Shown in pieces: positions 35,375 to 39,783 of a stretch of 39,783 nt of DNA. Source of the DNA: Methanobacteriota archaeon (lineage in GTDB: Archaea; Thermoplasmatota; Poseidoniia; Poseidoniales; Poseidoniaceae). Numbering within the stretch: position 1 is the first letter of the stretch; every line of letters starts with the position of its first letter. The notes under the pieces are model-generated. The model had not been told where the DNA came from. It saw only the letters and a program-made list of their open reading frames with translations, and made no database searches. Both the position numbers and the translations under genes were made by a program. The stretch covers positions 1-39,783 of the forward strand of contig PAJM01000030.1 in NCBI GenBank assembly GCA_002706065.1, written 5' to 3'.

Positions 35375-37120
35375 ATGGAACTTCCAAACCGTTTGGCAAA
35401 ACAGTTGGAAGGGGATGAGGGACCCACGCGACAAAAAGCAGCCCGTCTCGTTGTGGATCTCGCCAGGGTTGCCAAGGCAAAATCATTTGTTGAAGTCGAC
35501 CATGCCCATGTTTCTGGTGTCTCTGTCATCACGGGAGGTCACGGTCTGCGCACCTTTCTCAATGATTTGAGTGGAGACGAATCCGGAACTGTTGTGATTC
35601 CTACCACACTGAATTCGGCAGGTTGTGACCGAGAAAAGATGGAAGAAATGGGAATCAGTTACCCAAACTTCCTCGAACAACAGTTCGAGATTGTCCAAGC
35701 ATACGACCATTTGGGCATCGAAGCAACGCTGTCATGTACGCCATACGATCGTGGTATTGAAATTGAAGGTGAAGTGGCTTCATGGGCAGAGTCCAACGCC
35801 GTTTGTTTTTCCAATACTTGGACGTCGCTGATTACAAATCGTGAATCTGGTTTGAGTGCACTTGCTACGGCGTTGACTGGTTATGCTCCTGCTTGGGGAT
35901 TGCATCTCGCTTCAAATCGGAAACCAAACATCCGAGTGGTTGTCGAATGTGCTTTGGATACACTCTCAGATTATTCGATCCTTGGAGACTGGATTGGCAA
36001 GAATGCCAAGCCTGAATGGGATCTTCCATATGGGCCAATGCCATACATACAAGGATTGGATGAATCGATTTCTTTTGCTCGAAAGAAAGCACTGACTGCT
36101 GCTGCAGCAAATTATGGTTCACCGATGATGTGGGTTGAAGGACACACTCCCCCACCCGGCGATTCCATCGAAGCCGTGAACTGGCAAGGCGTTTTGACCT
36201 TTACAAAGCAGGATTTGCAAGAGCGTTATCGTCAATTGAGCCCGAAAGGCCAGGTTGATTTGGTGGTTATTGGTTGTCCTCAAGCAAGTTTGGAAGAAAT
36301 GCGAACGACTGCGGCTGCGCTCCGGACACATATGGAGTTTGGAGAAACAGTTCCTAATCAGCGCCTATGGATGTTTACAAGTCAAGAAAATCATGATTTA
36401 GCCGAAGCTGATGGAACTGTCTCAATACTCGAAGAGGCAGGCGCCCTCGTTTTGGTGGATACATGCCCAGAGGTGACACCATACAACCGGGAGAGGTACA
36501 ACCATTTACTGACCAATTCGATGAAAGCCGAACATTATCTTACCAGCGGTTTGAATCGAATTCCAACCAGCGTTGCATCGATACAGGAGTGTGTGCGGCA
36601 TGCGATTGACCCTCATTTGGCTGATGGCCCCACTCCAAAGCTATCCCACTCATCGCATGGTGGTCAAGTGACTGCGAAGACACAACAAGCAGGGTTGCGA
36701 ACAATCGTAGGCGCAGGTCTCAACTCACAAACCGACTTTTGCATTGAAGGGAAGGCGATGGTCACAGATGTCCCAATCACCTATCTCGGTTACGTGAATC
36801 GGGACACGGGCGTGGTTGAAGAAGCCGGTCATCCGCTAGATGGTCGAGCTATTCAAGATACGATTCTCATCTATCCAAAGGGATCGGGTTCCACGGTAGC
36901 CCCTTACGTTTTGATGGGATTGCTGTATCAAAACAAAGGTCCTCTGGCCATCATCAATCGAGACGTTTGTCCACTTACACTACCGGCTTGTTCATTGTTG
37001 AACGTGCCGTATGGTCATGGATTCGAAGACGATCCTTGCCTCCTTGTGAATGACGGAGACCACATACGCTTCAAGCGAGAGGATGACAAGGTCTCGCTTG
37101 AGATTCTTGAACGAGCGTGA
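35375..37120 (+). CDS. Aconitase X fusion (catalytic DUF521 domain plus swiveling DUF126 domain); probable phosphomevalonate dehydratase
   Basis: AHVSGVS, TTLN, SCTPY, WAESNAV, NRESG, IGCPQ, DTCP, TNSMKA..Y; after a linker, GKAMVT..I.YLG.V...TG...E.GHPL.G and KGSGSTV. Confidence 0.88.
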   Translation: MELPNRLAKQLEGDEGPTRQKAARLVVDLARVAKAKSFVEVDHAHVSGVSVITGGHGLRTFLNDLSGDESGTVVIPTTLNSAGCDREKMEEMGISYPNFLEQQFEIVQAYDHLGIEATLSCTPYDRGIEIEGEVASWAESNAVCFSNTWTSLITNRESGLSALATALTGYAPAWGLHLASNRKPNIRVVVECALDTLSDYSILGDWIGKNAKPEWDLPYGPMPYIQGLDESISFARKKALTAAAANYGSPMMWVEGHTPPPGDSIEAVNWQGVLTFTKQDLQERYRQLSPKGQVDLVVIGCPQASLEEMRTTAAALRTHMEFGETVPNQRLWMFTSQENHDLAEADGTVSILEEAGALVLVDTCPEVTPYNRERYNHLLTNSMKAEHYLTSGLNRIPTSVASIQECVRHAIDPHLADGPTPKLSHSSHGGQVTAKTQQAGLRTIVGAGLNSQTDFCIEGKAMVTDVPITYLGYVNRDTGVVEEAGHPLDGRAIQDTILIYPKGSGSTVAPYVLMGLLYQNKGPLAIINRDVCPLTLPACSLLNVPYGHGFEDDPCLLVNDGDHIRFKREDDKVSLEILERA

Positions 37121-37124
37121 TGCT

Positions 37125-38078
37125 ATGCGAATCCTTGTTACAGGAGGTGCTGGCTTTTTGGGCTCGAGTTTGGTCGAATTTTTGGTCGAGCACGGACATG
37201 ATGTTATTGTACTCGATAATCTTTGGAGAGGCCAAAAAGACAACCTCGAAGCCGTTAGCGGCGACATCACATTCATCGAAGCAGATGCATGCTCACCAAC
37301 ATCGTATCAGCACATCGTTGAGCCCTCAACAATTGATCTTGTCTATCATTTTGCAGCAGTAAATGGAACAAAATGGTTCCATGAAGAACCGAGGCTTGTG
37401 ATGGATGTTAACCTCAATTCCACGTTGCAATCGCTGGAATTCGCAGAGAAAAACAACTGTCGCTATGTGTTTGCATCATCCCCAGAAGCCTTTGGTGAAT
37501 CGGAAATCATGCCTCTCGGTGCTGATGAATCTGCTGTATTCACCGCAGCGCACCACCATCAAAGGCACGCATATGGGGCGAGCAAATATCTCGGAGAACT
37601 CGCAGTACACCACGCAGCTCGAAAAGGTCTTGATGTTCGAATCGTACGTCCCTTCAACGGATACGGCCCAAGACTCTTGGGGGATGCATATGGGCAGGTC
37701 GTTTCGATGATGATTCAATCTGCTCTCAAAAAGGGAGTAATTCGGGTTCACGGTGATGGCTCGCAAACCCGCTCGTTAACCTACATCGATGACCTTGTTC
37801 GTGGAATTGTATTTGCAGGAACGTTCGATGACCTCTCTGGTATGAGTTTCAATTTGGGATCCGATGAAGAGATCTCAATGCTCAACCTCGCTGAACGTAT
37901 CGGGCAATTGGTTGAAGAGCAAACAGGTCAATCGATCAACATTCAGTTTGAGAGCGGGCACCCGGGAGATTCAAAGCGACGCCTCCCCCATCTTATGGAG
38001 GCAGAGACACATCTGCAATGGAAGGCGCAAATCTCACTGGATGAAGGTCTTCTTCAGACACTTCGGGCGATGGTGTAA
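37125..38078 (+). CDS. NAD-dependent epimerase/dehydratase (extended SDR, UDP-glucuronate decarboxylase-like)
   Basis: MRILVTGGAGFLG, YHFAA, YGASK (YxxxK), VRPFNGYGP, GDGSQTRSLTYIDD. Confidence 0.9.
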   Translation: MRILVTGGAGFLGSSLVEFLVEHGHDVIVLDNLWRGQKDNLEAVSGDITFIEADACSPTSYQHIVEPSTIDLVYHFAAVNGTKWFHEEPRLVMDVNLNSTLQSLEFAEKNNCRYVFASSPEAFGESEIMPLGADESAVFTAAHHHQRHAYGASKYLGELAVHHAARKGLDVRIVRPFNGYGPRLLGDAYGQVVSMMIQSALKKGVIRVHGDGSQTRSLTYIDDLVRGIVFAGTFDDLSGMSFNLGSDEEISMLNLAERIGQLVEEQTGQSINIQFESGHPGDSKRRLPHLMEAETHLQWKAQISLDEGLLQTLRAMV

Positions 38079-38857
38079 TGCCATTTTGTTGGCGTTGCCA
38101 TCAGTCTATCTAGCCCGTGTTGACAGAGAATGTGAGCGGGTAATTGCGCATCGTACTGCCCTGGAACAAGGATTTCACCCAATTTGAGAACAACCAATTT
38201 CGCTTTTGCTTCAGGTAAATCAATTTCTTCAATCATGGTTCCAATGAGTGCGAAAGCAGCATCTTCCATCACAAGCTTGTTTGCTGATATCCCTTTGAGT
38301 GAGAAGGATTCCCATTCACTGGTTCCGTGTTCAAGAGGCCGTGCGGTTTGTTCGACGATTTCGGCTGCACGTGCTGAGGCTGGTAGAAAGTTCAGGACGG
38401 CCGTTTTGGTTGCACGGATGTTGAGGAGCGTATCTCGCCATCGGTCATGGCGGTTTGCCGAAAAGGAAACGATTGCTAGTGGTGGAGAGTTTGAAACGAT
38501 TGAGAGCGAGGTGTATGGCGCAAGATTGAGCGTTCCATCTTCAGACGATGTGCCGATGAGTGCAAGGGGTCTTGGGCTTGCGAGATTTGTAAGCCATGTG
38601 GCACGCATTTCGTGTGAAAGCGAAGCAAGGTCGATGGAAGTTGGATCTTCTTGTGAGAATGATTTGTGTTGCTTAGGGAACCATCGGTCGAGTTCACCCG
38701 CCTCGACCTCCATAATGGCATGAGCGGTAAAGTCCCGATACGCTTCCCACTTCTCAATGTCTTCGATATCCCCTCGCTTTCGTTTCCTTTCGATGGATGC
38801 ATTGGCATAGTCGATGCAGTTTTGGAGAAATGAAATTACGTGTGCTTTGCCTTCCAT
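38054..38857 (-). CDS. Flavin reductase-like (DIM6/NTAB, split-barrel) protein with an extra N-terminal helical domain
   Basis: SPRPLALIGT...NLAPY.S....SNSPP...DTLLNI. Start at ATG 38857 is preceded by GGAGTGA. Confidence 0.8.
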   Translation of the reverse strand: MEGKAHVISFLQNCIDYANASIERKRKRGDIEDIEKWEAYRDFTAHAIMEVEAGELDRWFPKQHKSFSQEDPTSIDLASLSHEMRATWLTNLASPRPLALIGTSSEDGTLNLAPYTSLSIVSNSPPLAIVSFSANRHDRWRDTLLNIRATKTAVLNFLPASARAAEIVEQTARPLEHGTSEWESFSLKGISANKLVMEDAAFALIGTMIEEIDLPEAKAKLVVLKLGEILVPGQYDAQLPAHILCQHGLDRLMATPTKWHYTIARSV

Positions 38858-38862
38858 AGGGG

Positions 38863-38869
38863 TCACTCC
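38863..38869 (-). promoter_or_regulatory. Shine-Dalgarno-like GGAGTGA overlapping the upstream stop codon
   Basis: 5 nt before ATG 38857. Confidence 0.55.
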
Positions 38870-39330
38870 TTTGCATCGTATTCTGTTCTTGTCATAAGAA
38901 ATCTTGCTGGATTCCCAACCCATACCTCTCCAGATGGGAGGGGCTTCGTCAACACGGAACCTCCTCCTAACACTGCGCTATCCCCGACATTTGCTCCTGG
39001 AAGGATGGTGCATCCTCCTCCAATGACGGCGTTGTCTTCGATTTGAACAGCCATCCATTTTGAGGGATCCCCGGAGGGAGGATATTTGTCATTGAGAATG
39101 GTTGAGTTCGGTCCGATAAACACCGAAGAACCGATGGTGGTTCCGTCAGCGATGTAGTTTGAACCTTGGATGTTGGTCCTGTTTCCGATGGTAACGTTCC
39201 GTCCTACATGACACATTGAGCCAATCGTGACATCTTCACCGATGTGAAGATTTTTCCCAATATAGCATGGGTTGTAGGCACATGATGAAGGGGACAATTG
39301 GATGCGGTCTCCACCAATATCATCGTCCAT
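38863..39330 (-). CDS. Hexapeptide-repeat (left-handed beta-helix) acyltransferase, WbpD/WxcM-like
   Basis: Repeated IG...IG hexapeptides, VFIGPN...NDKYP, IGGGCTILPG, VWVGNPAR. Confidence 0.9.
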   Translation of the reverse strand: MDDDIGGDRIQLSPSSCAYNPCYIGKNLHIGEDVTIGSMCHVGRNVTIGNRTNIQGSNYIADGTTIGSSVFIGPNSTILNDKYPPSGDPSKWMAVQIEDNAVIGGGCTILPGANVGDSAVLGGGSVLTKPLPSGEVWVGNPARFLMTRTEYDAKE

Positions 39331-39334
39331 CCCT

Positions 39335-39341
39335 TCACCTC
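39335..39341 (-). promoter_or_regulatory. Shine-Dalgarno GAGGTGA
   Basis: Archaeal-type SD 4 nt before ATG 39330, directly at the bcp stop codon. Confidence 0.6.
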
Positions 39342-39783
39342 ATCCGTCGATTCCGAGTTCTCTCATCAACATTTCAACGTGGCCTGTTGCACGAACGTTG
39401 TAACGACACCATGCGATGTTCCCTTCGCTGTTGATGACAAATGTGGAACGAACACAGCCGAGATATTCTCTACCGTAGTTCTTCTTGATGCGCCATGTTC
39501 CAAACATGTCGTGAAGATCTCCATCAACATCCATGAGGAGTGGAAAATTGAGTTCCTTCTTGGTGATGAATTTCTCATGCGATGATTCCGAGTCTTTCGA
39601 AACACCGAGAACAACATAACCCTCACTGGTAAGTCGAGCCATGTTGTCGCGGAAGTCGCATGCTTGTTTGGTGCAACCAGGTGTTGAATCTCGAGGATAG
39701 AAGTAGAGTATCACGGTCTTTCCTTGACTCATGTACGTTTCGAGGTCGTGCGTGTTGCCAGCGGAATCTTGACACGAAAAAAG
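39340..39783 (-). CDS. bcp: Peroxiredoxin Bcp/PrxQ, 5'-truncated by the window edge
   Basis: YFYPRDSTPGCTKQAC, GVSKD, RSTFVI. The frame stays open upstream of ATG 39732 (LFSCQDSAGNTHDLETY) and resembles the normal Bcp N-terminus. Confidence 0.93.
   Translation of the reverse strand, partial: LFSCQDSAGNTHDLETYMSQGKTVILYFYPRDSTPGCTKQACDFRDNMARLTSEGYVVLGVSKDSESSHEKFITKKELNFPLLMDVDGDLHDMFGTWRIKKNYGREYLGCVRSTFVINSEGNIAWCRYNVRATGHVEMLMRELGIDG

Noticed and set aside
35292-35486. Apparent 124-nt head-to-head overlap between the ELWxxDGT gene and the AcnX gene
   Set aside because: Artefact of longest-ORF starts. ATG 35291 and ATG 35375 give an 83-nt divergent gap containing promoter-like elements.
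1-39783. tRNA/rRNA genes, CRISPR arrays, transposases, integrases, defence islands, inteins
   Set aside because: All intergenic gaps are under about 100 nt, I saw no repeat-spacer pattern or cloverleaf, no ORF has recombinase or Cas motifs, and conserved proteins have roughly normal lengths.

Overview
Gene-dense archaeal chromosomal segment, most likely Marine Group II Euryarchaeota (Ca. Poseidoniales). The taxon is inferred from an archaeal TBP and mevalonate-pathway genes, many bacterial-type enzymes, large membrane-anchored PKD/CARDB surface proteins and a C-terminal GPPxPxxGLPxGWTxEQWxHYGxQW tail. I find 23 protein-coding genes, two of them running off the window edges (a surface-protein paralog missing from the ORF track, and bcp). 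I see no RNA genes, CRISPR arrays or mobile elements. Housekeeping genes: tbp, mvk, mutY, cysS, trxA, an archaeal MutS-like ATPase, ileS, nadE, trhO, bcp. Most notable observations: (1) a recurring non-canonical TATA-like hexamer TT[G/C]A[A/T][A/G] 22-24 nt before the start codon of eight genes, alongside a TBP with a 20-aa insertion whose own gene has a canonical TTTATATA; (2) an IleRS whose HIGH motif reads GIHH; (3) a single-chain, large-then-small aconitase X (probable phosphomevalonate dehydratase); (4) a Frag1/DRAM/Sfk1-like membrane protein and a reelin-subrepeat-like domain; (5) surface proteins with Trp-rich or Pro-rich cytoplasmic tails. All family calls come from reading motifs by eye; no searches were run.
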